Source: Isurus oxyrinchus (Eukaryota). Taken from it: a stretch of DNA of 64,000 nt. This document shows positions 9,947 through 21,785 of the stretch, piece by piece. The stretch covers positions 868,001 through 932,000 of the forward strand of contig JANJGN010000167.1 in the NCBI GenBank assembly GCA_026770705.1. The letters run 5' to 3'. The notes under the pieces are model-generated. The model saw nothing but the letters and a program-made list of their open reading frames with translations, did no database searches and had not been told where the DNA came from. A program made the translations under genes and the position numbers. Each line of letters begins with the position of its first letter. Position 1 is the first letter of the stretch.

Positions 9947-12900
9947 AAACTGTGATTTGTTTCTGTTGGAAAGTTGCTGAGAGATTGACATGAGAGTGGA
10001 AACTCTGGGATTTTCCTGTGCTATTGTGTTTTATTAAAAAAATGTCCTTGCTTTTGTCTTTTTGACCAATTTTATCTCTTTTTCTCCTGAGAAATTTGTA
10101 TTCTGAAAATTGGAAGGTGAGGATCCAAAGAGGGAAAGTCTGGGATAAGGACAAGGAGCTTCTTCCAGAGAGGGAGAGACTGAGGCCTGGTCCACAGGCT
10201 TCACCCACATGAGTTGTGTCTGTTTACTACCCCAATCGAGATTTAATTTTCGACTCTGTGGGACAGAGAGTGAGTGAATGAGTGAGGGGGACAGAGATGC
10301 GAGTGGAAAGAGAGAGAGAAACACAGGGAGCGGGAAAGGTCTCTCAATCTGTTTTAGACTCGGGTTTATATCTGGGATATTTTTATATTTGAATGTTGCT
10401 GAGAGATTGTGTAACTGTGAAGGTTGGGGAGGTGGTGGTGGTTGGTGGTGAAATCCTGGGCTCTTGCTGTGCTAATTTGTTCAGAAATGTCCTTGCTTTG
10501 TGTTTTAGTCAATTATTTTCTCTCTTTCTCTCTTTTCCCCAGGAATTTGGAGTTTGAAGACTGCAATGTGACTATGAATCCATGGGCAGGAGCTTTTCCC
10601 CAGAGATGGATATACTGAGGCCTTGTCCACAGGCTTAACACACGTGAGTTGTGTCTCTTTAATCTTGGAGGGACCCTGGTTTATGGGTTATCGATGAAGC
10701 GGTTTCTGTTAGATGATGGGGTGCTGGATTTTGAAACTCTGGGGTTAAAATATCCGGGCCTTGCGATTCGTCACAAACACATTAACCCTTTGGTGTGTGA
10801 CAAAGAGGAGATTAAAAGTCTGAAATCTGAAGCTCTCTAAAAGCTTGTTACAATTCCAAAATAAGACAGGCGGGGAGACAATGCGATGAAGCAGACTGTT
10901 CAAGCAGATTCACATTGGTCTTTACAGTTCAGTTTACTGAGGTCCTGACTTTAGATTTACTTTCTCTCTCTCTCTCTCCAGCTTTGTTTCTATCTGTCTA
11001 TCCCTCTCTCTCTCTCAGGGGATGTGGGAATGAGAGACAGCGTGTTGACACAGGTCGCCTCCACTCACATCCTCTGAGATAGAATGAGATGTAAAAATAA
11101 ATCCTGGGATAGTAATTTTAAAAAGTGTCCCAAAGGAAGGAGCAGCCCCTTCCCAAACTGGAAGAGGGAGTTTATCACCTTCTGGAGGCTGATGGGGGCG
11201 GGGGCGGGGGGGCGGGAACAGGGGGAATCATTTAAATCAGTGTTTACAGCTTCTGTTTGTGGGTTTGTCTCTCTCTCTCTCTTTCTATCTTCATCCTTCC
11301 AAATGGATGGACAGATTTAGTGATGGAGAGAGGGAGGGAGAGCAAAACAGGAAGAGTTGAGAGTGTGGGGTTGGGGTAGGGAGAGGAGGGGGGTGGTGAA
11401 GAGACACAGGGACAAGGTGGGTTTGCGGGAGGGGTCTCCAGTGTAAGGTCTCTGCCCAGCTCTCACTCTCATCCTTGCAGAAAGTGTGACGTTCACAGAG
11501 AAATCCCAGCTCGGTGATCAGTTTAAAAAGCTTCCTCAGTTTCTAGAGGGAGTTTAAACCTTGCTGGAGACTGTAGGGGATGTCTCCAGTCTTTGGGGGG
11601 GTGGGGGGGAGGGTACCCACACCCACAAGGTGGGCGGGGGTGGGAGTTTGGTGAGGTGGGGAAGGGGGTTTGCATTAGGTGTGGTGGATGTGGGGATGGG
11701 TTAAGGGGTTGAGGGGAGAGAGAAGGGCTGTTTCCCATCTGGAAATGTTTAGATTGCTGGTAATGGGATCTTGCTGTGCACACAGTGGCCTGCGGCCTCT
11801 GCCCACACAACACTTTTTATTTGAAACTATTAATTCACGGACAAGAAAGCAGGTGCGAAGGGCTCGAATTAAACATTTTAAACTTGAAAGTGGCGAGGGG
11901 GAGGGTGTGTGGGGAGAGAAGAAGAGGGGGTGGGGTTAATGAATCCTTTCCACAAGGCACTGGAGGCATTTTCAGCTCTTATCACATTGCCGCTTGTGGG
12001 ATCGCACTGTGCAGCCAGTGGGCTGCTGTCAGTGTCACAACACTCGTGCAGAGAGAGAGAGAGAGAGAGAGAGAAACCCACATTGAGAAACTCCCAGATA
12101 ACTCCATTTAAAAAGTGCCACCATTTTGGGATCTTCCTGTGTACAAATCCCCCCCTAACGACAGCACTTTAAAAAAAATAATCCGTGGCCTCTGAAGCAT
12201 TCTCAATGGGCGGGAATCGAAGTCCTTAACTTGGAGCCGGGTGTGATGGGGGAATAAAGCTTGCGTTGGAGGCAGAGGGATGAAGGTGACAGTGAAATGA
12301 CATGCACAGCTGGAGAGGGGGGGACCATTTCTATTCAGTTTGATAGGATTGGGATTGTTGGATTTCTATGTCTCTCTCTCTCTCTCTCTGCATCTCCATC
12401 TTCTGGCATGTGAACGAGGAAGGGAGAGAAACAGGGAAAGAGAAAGAGAGAACAGGGACAGAGAGAGGGAAACAGGGATAGAGAGGGAGAGAGAGAGAGC
12501 AAGCAGAGGTCAGGGGACAGAGAGGGGGAGAGATAACATAACAGAGCAGAGTTAGGGGCTGGGGGGGTGATTAAAAGACACAGGGTCTGGGTGGGGAGGG
12601 GTTTTCCCCGTGCAGTCAGTGCCCAGCTCTCCCAGTCACAGCCTTCCAGAAATTGGGATTTGACACCCACTGAAATCCTGAGGCACTGATTTTAAAATGT
12701 CTCCTGAGCGAATCCAGCTGCTTCCCAGTTTGAGTTTCAGCCCTTTCAGGGGTGGGAGGGGACAGCCCCAGACTGGAAATTCACACAGGGTTGGGGAGGG
12801 GGAGTGTAGAGAGAGGGTTTCACAGCAGGTGTGGAGATTGGGAAAGTCGTAGGATCCTGCTGTGTAAAATCAAAAAGACCACCAGCACTTTAATAAACTT

Positions 12901-13584
12901 CAGCAATGGCCACACTGGATAACAATGGGGTCAAGCAGTGTGAGGCACTCGGAGAGAGGAAGAGAGAGGGAGAGGGGCTGAAATGGAAACCCTGAGCCTG
13001 GGTGAAGGTGTGTTCTCATCCCAGAGTCATGTCCGTGTATGATAGACAGGCCGGGCCATGGGATTTCCAGGTGTAAATGGAAGGGGCAGCAGCCAGTTGA
13101 ATTCAGTTGAATTTCGATCTGTGGAGGGCTTGTGATGGGGGAGGAGAGGGGAGAGCATCGCCCAGTCTCTCTCTCTCTCTCCAGCCATTCTGTCCATACT
13201 CTATCTTTCAATAAAATGTATAAAAAACCCAATGAGATTTGTCCTTATTTTAATTTGTGGGGTGTGTGGGGGCGGTGTTGGGGGAGGGAGGTCTGAGGCC
13301 CATTTCCCACTCCCTTTCCTGCCATCCTCAGCCAAGGTATTTTAAACTGGCCATGAGTAGGCGGGGTGTGGGATCTTGCTGTGCACATAGGGTCTGCCCC
13401 CTGTTCCTTGCTCTCCAGCAGTGACCGCACTTTTAAAATAAAAGAGTGAGGGAAAAGAGGAGGGGGGGGGGTGGTGGAGGGGGGGGGGGGGGGGGGGGGG
13501 GTGGGGGGTAGATGGGGCAGAGAGAAAGAGGAAGAGAATGAGGGACAGCTAAACATAGAGTAGGTCAGAGCAGACAGGGGCTCG

Positions 13585-16500
13585 GAGGTAGTGGAAAGAG
13601 ACACAGGGAGTTGGGGTGTTGGGGGGTTGAGGAAAGAGACACAGCGTGTGGGGGTGTTGGGGGTTAGGGGAAAGAGACACAGGGTGTGGGGGTGTTGGGG
13701 GGTAGGGGAAAGAGACACAGGGTGTGGGGGTGTTGGGGGGTAGGGGAAAGAGACACAGGGTGTGGGGGTGTTGGGGGTTAGGGGAAAGAGACACAGGGTA
13801 TGGGGGTGTTGGGGGGTAGGGGAAAGAGACACAGGGTGTGGGGGTGTTGGGGGTAAGGGAAAGAGACACAGGGTGTGGGGATGTTGGGGGGTTGAGGAAA
13901 GAGACACAGGGTGTGGGGGTGTTGGGGGTTAGGGGAAAGAGACACAGGGTGTGGGGGTGTTGGGTGTTGGGGAAAGAGACACAGGGTGTGGGGGTGTTGG
14001 GGGGTAGGGGAAAGAGACACAGGGTGTGGGGGTGTTGGGTGTTGGGGAAAGAGACACAGGGTGTGGGGGTGTTGGGTGGTAGGGGAAAGAGACACAGGGT
14101 GTGGGGGTGTTGGGTGTTGGGGAAAGAGACACAGGGTGTGGGGGTGTTGGGTGTTGGGGAAAGAGACACAGGGTGTGGGGGTGTTGGGGGGTAGGGGAAA
14201 GAGACACAGGGTGTGGGGGGGTTGGGGGTTAGGGGAAAGAGACACAGGGTGTGGGGGTGTTGGGGGTTAGGGGAAAGAGACACAGGGTGTGGGGGTGTTG
14301 GGGAAAGAGACACAGGGTGTGGGGGTGTTGGGGGGTAGGGGAAAGAGACACAGGGTGTGGGGGTGTTGGGGGTTAGGGGAAAGAGACACAGGGTGTGGGG
14401 GTGTTGGGGGTTAGGGGAAAGAGACACAGGGTGTGGGGGTGTAGGGTGTTGGGGAAAGAGACACAGGGTGTGGGGGTGTTGGGGGTTAGGGGAAAGAGAC
14501 ACAGGGTGTGGGGGTGTTGGGGGTTAGGGGAAAGAGACACAGGGTGTGGGGGTGTTGGGGGTTAGGGGAAAGAGACACAGGGTGTGGGGGTGTTGGGGGT
14601 TAGGGGAAAGAGACACAGGGTGTGGGGGTGTTGGGGGGTAGGGGAAAGTGACACAGGGTGTGGGGATATTGGGGGTTAGGGGAAAGAGACACAGGGTGTG
14701 GGGGTGTTGGGGGGTAGGGGAAAGAGACACAGGGTGTGGGGGTGTTGGGGGTTGGGGGAAAGAGACACAGGGTGTGGGGGTGTTGGGGGTTAGGGGAAAG
14801 AGACACAGGGTGTGGGGGTGTTGGGGGTTAGGGGAAAGAGACACAGGGTGTGGGGGTGTTGAGGGTTAGGGGAAAGAGACACAGGGTGTGGGGGTGTTGG
14901 TTAGGGGAAAGAGACACAGGGTGTGGGGGTGTTGGGGGTTAGGGGAAAGAGACACAGGGTGTGGGGGTGTTGGGGGGTTGGGGAAAGAGACACAGGGTGT
15001 GGGGGTGTTGGGGGTAAGGGAAAGAGACACAGGGTGTGGGGGTGTTGGGGGGTAGGGGAAAGAGACACAGGGTGTGGGGGTTTTGGGTGTTGGGGAAAGA
15101 GACACAGGGTGTGGGGGTGTTGGGGGTTGGGGGAAAGAGACACAGGGTGTGGGGGTGTTGGGGGGTAGGGGAAAGAGACACAGCGTGTGGGGGTGTTGGG
15201 GGTTAGGGGAAAGTGACACAGGGTGTGGGGGTGTTGGGGGTAGGGGAAAGAGACACAGGGTGTTGGGGTGTTGGGGGGTAGGGGAAAGAGACACAGGGTG
15301 TGGGGGTGTTGGGGTTTGGGGGAAAGAGACACAGGGTGTGGGGGTGTTGGGGGTTAGGGGAAAGAGACACAGGGTGTGGGGGTGTTGGGGGGTAGGGGAA
15401 AGAGACACAGGGTGTGGGGGTGTTGGTGGTTAGGGGAAAGAGACACAGGGTGTGGGGGTGTTGGGTGTTGGGGAAAGAGACACAGGGTGTGGGGGTGTTG
15501 GTGGTAAGGGGAAAGAGACACAGGGTGTGGGGGTGTTGGGGGTTAGGGGAAAGAGACACAGCGTGTGGGGGTGTTGGGGGTTAGGGGAAAGAGACACAGG
15601 GTGTGGGGGTGTTGGGGGGTAGGGGAAAGAGACACAGGGTGTGGGGGTGTTGGGGGGGTTGGGGGAAAGAGACACAGGGTGTGGGGGTGTTGGGGGTTAG
15701 GGGAAAGAGACACAGGGTGTGGGGGTATTGGGGGGTTGGGGAAAGAGACACAGGGTGTGGGGGTGTTGGGGGGTAGGGGAAAGAGACACAGGGTGTGGGG
15801 GTGTTGGGGGTTGGGGAAAGAGACACAGGGTGTGGGGGTGTTGGGGGTTAGGGGAAAGAGACACAGGGTGTGGGGGTGTTGGGGGTTAGGGGAAAGAGAC
15901 ACAGGGTGTGGGGTGTTGGGGGTAGGGGAAAGAGACACAGGGTGTGGGGGTGTTGGGGGGTTGAGGAAAGAGACACAGGGTGTGGGGGTGTTGGGGGGTA
16001 GGGGAAAGAGACACAGGGTGTGGGGGTGTTGGGGTTTAGGGGAAAGAGACACAGGGTGTGGGGGTGTTGGGGGTTAGGGGAAAGAGACACAGGGTGTGGG
16101 GGTGTTGGGGGGTAGGGGAAAGAGACACAGGGTGTGGGGTGTTGGGGGGTAGGGGAAAGAGACACAGGGTGTGGGGGTGTTGGGGGTTAGGGGAAAGAGA
16201 CACAGGGTGTGGGGGTGTTGGGGGTTAGGGGAAAGAGACACAGGGTGTGGGGGTGTTGGGGGTTGGGGGAAAGAGACACAGGGTGTGGGTGTTTGGGGGG
16301 TAGGGGAAAGAGACACAGGGTGTGGGGGTGTAGGGTGTTGGGGAAAGAGACACAGGGTGTGGGGGTGTTGGGGGTTAGGGGAAAGAGACACAGGGTGTGG
16401 GTGTTTGGGGGGTAGGGGAAAGAGACACAGGGTGTGGGGGTGTAGGGTGTTGGGGAAAGAGACACAGGGTGTGGGGGTTTGGGGGGTAGGGGAAAGAGAC

Positions 16501-17960
16501 ACAGGGTGTGGGGGTGTTGGGGGTTAGGGGAAAGAGACACAGGGTGTGGGGGTTTGGGGGGTAGGGGAAAGAGACACAGTGTGTGGGGGTGTTGGGTGTT
16601 GGGGAAAGAGACACAGGGTGTGGGGGTGTTGGGGGTTAGGGGAAAGAGACACAGGGTGTGGGGGTGTTGGGTGTTGGGGAAAGAGACACAGGGTGTGGGG
16701 GTGTTGGGGGTTAGGGGAAAGAGACACAGGGTGTGGGGGTGTTGGGGGTTAGGGGAAAGAGACACAGCGTGTGGGGGTGTTGGGGGTTAGGGGAAAGAGA
16801 CACAGGGTGTGGGGGTGTTGGGGGGTAGGGGAAAGAGACACAGGGTGTGGGGGTGTTGGGGGGGTTGGGGGAAAGAGACACAGGGTGTGGGGGTGTTGGG
16901 GGTTAGGGGAAAGAGACACAGGGTGTGGGGGTATTGGGGGGTTGGGGAAAGAGACACAGGGTGTGGGGGTGTTGGGGGGTAGGGGAAAGAGACACAGTGT
17001 GTGGGGGTGTTGGGTGTTGGGGAAAGAGACACAGGGTGTGGGGGTGTTGGGGGTTAGGGGAAAGAGACACAGGGTGTGGGGGTGTTGGGTGTTGGGGAAA
17101 GAGACACAGGGTGTGGGGGTGTTGGGGGTTAGGGGAAAGAGACACAGGGTGTGGGGGTGTTGGGGGTTGGGGAAAGAGACACAGGGTGTGGGGGTGTTGG
17201 GGGGTAGGGGAAAGAGACACAGGGTGTGGGGGTTTGGGGGGGTTGGGGGAAAGAGACACAGGGTGTGGGGGTGTTGGGTGTTGGGGAAAGAGACACAGGG
17301 TGTGGGGGTGTTGGGTGTTGGGGAAAGAGACACAGGGTGTGGGGGTGTTGGGGGGTAGGGGAAAGAGACACAGGGTGTGGGGGTGTTGGGGGGGTTGGGG
17401 GAAAGAGACACAGCGTGTGGGGGTGCTGGGTGTTGGGGAAAGAGACACAGTGTGTGGGGGTGTTGGGGGTTAGGGGAAAGAGACACAGGGTGTTGGGGTG
17501 TTGGGGGTTGGGGGTAGAGACACAGAGTGTTGGGGTGTTGGGGGTTGGGGGTAGAGACACAGGGTGTGGGGGTGTTGGGGGGTAGGGGAAAGAGACACAG
17601 GGTGTGGGGGTTTGGGGGTTAGGGGAAAGAGACACAGAGTGTGGGGGTGTTGGGTGTTGGGGAAAGAGACACAGGGTGTGGGGGTGTTGGGGGGTTAGGG
17701 GAAAGAGACACAGAGTGTGGGGGTGTTGGGGGTTAGGGGAAAGAGACACAGGGTGTGGGGGTGTTGGGGGTTAGGGGAAAGAGACACAGGGTGTGGGGGG
17801 TGTTGGGTGTTGGGGAAAGAGACACAGGGTGTGGGGGTGTTGGAGGGTAGGGGAAAGAGACACAGGGTGTGGGGGTGTTGGGGGTTAGGGGAAAGAGACA
17901 CAGGGTGTGGGGGTATTGGGGGGTAGGGGAAAGAGACACAGGGTTGGGGAATGTGACACA
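13585..17960 (+). repeat. Homogeneous 37-39 bp G-rich minisatellite (GAAAGAGACACAGGGTGTGGGGGTGTTGGGGGKTAGGG), roughly 115 copies
   Basis: Directly visible. The AAAGAGACACAG core is nearly invariant and the G-run spacer varies. All overlapping ORFs (PTPQHPHTLCLFP / GKRHRVWGCWG) are artefacts. Confidence 0.98.
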
Positions 17961-20809
17961 GGTTGTTGGGGTGTCCTCCATTGTGGAACTGCTAGTTGGA
18001 TCCTGCTGTGCAGCACTGCCTGAATTGCAACTCGAATAACTATTTCATTGACCGGGGGATCTGATTGTGCATTTATCAATATAAAACAAGGCCAGTGTGG
18101 TGTGGATTTTAGTCGATGGTGAGACAGGAACTTTCCAGAATGCCTTTCCATCCAGCACTCACAGGGGCGTGGAATTAAAAAGGCTGGAACTTGTACCCGG
18201 GTCTAATTCACCGAGAGCACAGGGCCCGTGTCTGAGAACAATTCATGTAACAGTTAAAGGTCAAAGCCTGGCAGCCAATTTAATTCACTTCACTGATCCC
18301 TGATTGTCAAATTCTCAGTCTCTTCTCTCTGTCTCAGTCTTTCCATCTTTCTCTCTCAATGAGAGAAATATGTGAAGAAGAGAGAGAGAGAGTGGATAGT
18401 GAGAGAGGGGAAACACAGCAGAGAGAGCAAAACAGAGGAGGGGAGTGGGGTGAATATACACAGACTCTGCCCCATTGTCCAAATTGAGAGCAAAACAGAG
18501 GAGGGGACTGGGTGTGAATATACACAGACTCTGCCACATTGTCCAAATTACAAAAATAAACTCAAGGAGTGTGAAGCAAGTGACTCAGTAACAAGGAGAG
18601 CATTCTAACAATTCATTCATTTAGTGTAACTCTCTCAATTTTACTGAGGTTCTGAAGGGGGGTCTTCACTGTCTTAGTCTCATTCTCTCTGTATAATTTT
18701 CCACATTTAAAAAGTGGAAAGAAACGCTGACTGCACCCTGTGCGATCTTCCTGTGGACAATATGCCTGCATCGTTTCATACTGAGCCACAACCAGTTAAT
18801 TTATTAAAAATGAGCTTATTGGGCTAATTTCCTTTCCCTCAGGAGACCTTCACCAAGTCCAATCTGTGAGAGTGTGTAAATGATTGTGCTAATTCCTGAA
18901 AAATGCCGGTGTTTGAGGCAGGGCCATGAATTGGAGGGTTCAGTTGGAAGGTGGGAGCAGCCACTGGAGTTCAGTCTGTCTCTCTCAGATGTGTCCCTAC
19001 GATACAACAGAGAGAGAGAGAGAGAGAGATGGGGGAGAGTGAGGGAAACAAGAATACAGTGAAACAGAGGCAGGGGCAGATATAGCAAAACAGAGGAGAG
19101 GGGAGGCAGCGGTGAATAGACACAGGAGCTGGGTGTCTCCAACGTGTAGTCTCTGCCCAGCTCCCAATCACACCCTTCTAGAAAAGTTGAATTTGCAAAA
19201 ATAAAGCTCAGGAGGGTGAAGCAAGTGACTCAGTAACAATGAGAGCATTTTAAAAATTCATTCATTCAGTGTAATGCTCTCTTGAATTCATTTGATTGAG
19301 GATGTGATTGTTCATTTTACTGCTGTCTCTCTCTTTCACTCTCTCGCTTGTGAGTTATCAGTGAGGGAGGGAGATAGAAAGGGGAGAGGGAGGGAAACAG
19401 GGAGAGAGAGGGGCAGGGAGGGAAGAGGCGAGGAACTGGGGGTCTCCGGTGTGCAGTTAGTGCCCAGCTCCCAGTCTCTGGAGAGTAGAACCTCATTACC
19501 TGCCTGTCAGAATGTTGGATCTGTGAAAAGAAACTGTGTCACTGAGGGCCAGTCTGTGCTGTTTTATTGAAAGATATTGAAAGTGGATAGATTGAGGGAA
19601 ATATTGAGTGGGGAGGTAACAGATGGAAGGAAGGACAGTTATAAGGGAGACACATGATCTGGGTATTCTCCAGTGTGGCGTTGTACCTCGTGGGGCTGTT
19701 TGTGGGATCCTGCTGTGCACTGCTATTGTAAACATTGATGTGTTGACTTTCCAATGTATCTGAGGCCCTGGAATTGAACTTCTAAATGTGACGCTGTGTA
19801 AAGTTGTGTTATTTGTAGATTATTTATTATTATATTTGCTGTGTTGTAGGCCAGATGGTGAATTGGATGGTCACGGGTTGGGGGCAGGGGGTTGAATTTC
19901 ACTCACTGATTTCTCTGAAGGCTTAAAAAGCTTTGCAAAATAATCAGCTCCCACACCCACCCCCAGTTTTATAGAGGGAGATTAGCCTTTTCTGGGGTAG
20001 GGGAGCAAGGGGACCTGACTAACATCACCTTGCTTGTGGGATCTTGCTGTCTGTAAATAGCCTGCAGCCTGTCCTGCACTGCAACCGTGGCTTCCCTCCA
20101 TGAATTCAGTCCACCGAAGGGCTGATTGAGGATTGCTCCCATCATTTCCTCTCCCATCATTTCTCTGTGTAAATCATAGATAAATATTAAACATAGCCAC
20201 ACTGCATCATTATTTAAAAAGGAGAGACAGAAACTTTCCAGAGTGCATTTCGATCAAGATTGATCCCAAGGAAGAGATAGCGACGGGTTATTGAGCAACA
20301 GAGAGGGAAAGATGAGCAGAGTTGGGGGGGAGGCTAGATAGGTACAGGGAGAGGGGGAGAGAAACAGGGTGAGAGAGAGAGAGGGAGAGAGGGGGAGAGA
20401 ACCAGAGTGAGAGACTGGGAGAGAGAAACAGAGAGAGAGAGGGAGAGAGGTGACAGTGTTACAACTGGAAAGTGCAATATAAATATTTTGTGTCCAAACA
20501 ATAGTAGCACTGGATTGAGCAGGTAGAGGGGGGTGGGGTCAGTGAATGGGAGAGGGACAGTGAGGGGGGAATGATCAGTGTTTGTGCATCTTCATCTCAT
20601 TTGAAATCTTTTACCCCCAGTGTCTGGGTTTAACAACAGGAGACATGTGTATAAAATGTTTCCCTCACCTCACCCTATTAACTGAGATTGTGGATGTGAG
20701 TGAGAGGAATCCTGGGATCTTGCTGTGTTTTTTTTTGTTTCAATCATCTGTATGCTTTATTTTAATCAATTCCCATTCCTCTCTCTCTCTCTCTCTTTCT
20801 CTCTCCCAG

Positions 20810-20990
20810 GTAGAATGGTTTTGGAAGCTGCAGCTTCAGACGAAGCAGAGAGAGAATTGTTTTGCCATCAGGAGTCCTCGGACAGGAGCTATAACCAGAG
20901 AGAAAAATAAGTACGAATGTATCCGTTCCTTTGTCACTCATCCTTATGCCCCGAGAAAGGATGAGTTGAATTTTCACACTGACAATTGCG
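20810..20990 (+). other. Candidate isolated exon
   Basis: Long (CT)n tract plus CCCAG acceptor, and G|GTCAGT donor. Open frame VEWFWKLQLQTKQRENCFAIRSPRTGAITREKNKYECIRSFVTHPYAPRKDELNFHTDNC. Unique sequence among repeats. Confidence 0.3.
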
Positions 20991-21079
20991 GTCAGTAGTA
21001 GCTGGGTGGTGGAGAATGGGGGTGTTCCTCAGGTTGAGACACTGCTGCACAGAGCCAAATATAACAAAACTCTGTCCCT

Positions 21080-21550
21080 ATTGCAGGGGGGAAGATTTTG
21101 AAGGGGGGGGGGGCGGTGGGATGGAGAAATTCCATGGGGGAGGATGGATTTTATGGGGAGAGATATTGTGGGGAGGGGGAAGGTAATTTGTGGGGGAAGA
21201 AATTGCGGTGGGGGGGGTGGTGTAATTTGCGTGGTAAGAAATTGCAGGTGATTTTGCAGGGGAGTAATTTGCGGGGGTAGAAATTGTAGGGGGAGAAATT
21301 TGCAAGTGAAGATATTGTGGGTGGGAGAACTTGCAGGGAGGTTAATTTGGGGGGGGTGGGGAAATTGCGGGGGGGGGGGGAATTTGCAGGGGGAAATTGG
21401 CTGGAGAGGGAATTTGTGAGGGGGGAAATTGCAGGGGGAGGGAAATTGTCGGGGGGGGGAAATTGCAGGGGGAAAAATTGTGGGGGGAAAATATTTGCGG
21501 GGTTAAAATGAGTACAGGTGGAAAATTTGCGGGAGGGAAAATTTGAGAGG
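21080..21550 (+). repeat. Degenerate ~13-15 bp G-rich tandem repeat (GGGGGAAATTGC)
   Basis: Repeated GGGG-AAATT(T)GC units. Confidence 0.85.
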
Positions 21551-21564
21551 AGGGTAAAACTATT

Positions 21565-21750
21565 AGGAGCAGAAAGAGAGAGAGAGAGAGAGAGAAAGCA
21601 GAGAGAAGGAGCTGAGAGAGAGAAGGAGCAGAGATAGAAATAAACAGCAGAGAGAGAGAGAAGGAAGAGAGATAGAGAGAAGGAGCAGAGAGAGAGAGAG
21701 AGAAAATGAGCCGAGATAGACAGAGAGAGAGAAGCAGCAGAGAGAGAAGG

Positions 21751-21785
<35 letters not shown>

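Larger units (their letters stand above)
9575..19745 (+). repeat. Segmental duplication copy B of the modular array, containing the expanded 38-bp minisatellite
   Basis: Starts with TATTCTCAAACCAGTCCCATAACAACAAACTCCCT, matching 3166-3200. Collinear with copy A. Confidence 0.9.
3300..20730 (+). mobile_element. Array of more than 20 co-oriented DeuSINE (Deu-domain/3' tail) fragments, core TGGGATCYTGCTGTG
   Basis: Core or close variant at ~3349, 3763, 5337, 5901, 6324, 6871, 7207, 7938, 8151, 9107, 9540, 10006, 10450, 11764, 11996, 12127, 12850, 13368, 17997, 18739, 19702, 20036, 20713. The longest matches (7938-7980, 8136-8210, 13368-13440, 20022-20090) follow the Deu consensus as recalled: ATCACATTGCTGTTTGTGGGAKCTTGCTGTGCGCAAATTGGCTGCCGCGTTTCCTACATTACAACAGTGACTACACTTCAAAAG. 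Confidence 0.7.

Noticed and set aside
9323-10208. ORFs spanning the N run
   Set aside because: Artefacts of the assembly gap.
5910-12015. CACAGTG/CACTGTG heptamers as possible V(D)J recombination signals
   Set aside because: No ACAAAAACC-like nonamer was seen at 12/23 spacing, and no Ig/TCR segments. Most of the heptamers lie within Deu-like cores.
13585-17960. CRISPR-like appearance (constant AAAGAGACACAG core plus variable part)
   Set aside because: The variable parts are near-identical G-run variants, not unique spacers. Eukaryotic context and no cas genes.
1-17960. Telomere or immunoglobulin switch region
   Set aside because: TTAGGG occurs only singly within larger units. The G-rich repeats lack dense AGCT motifs, and no Ig constant exons are present.
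13245-18151. Dozens of overlapping repetitive ORFs on both strands
   Set aside because: The 38-bp unit cycles through reading frames, so there is no consistent coding frame.
20582-20650. FEIFYPQ resembling a third GPCR exon 1
   Set aside because: No ATG/TATA geometry, no donor site and no hydrophobic TM1 continuation.
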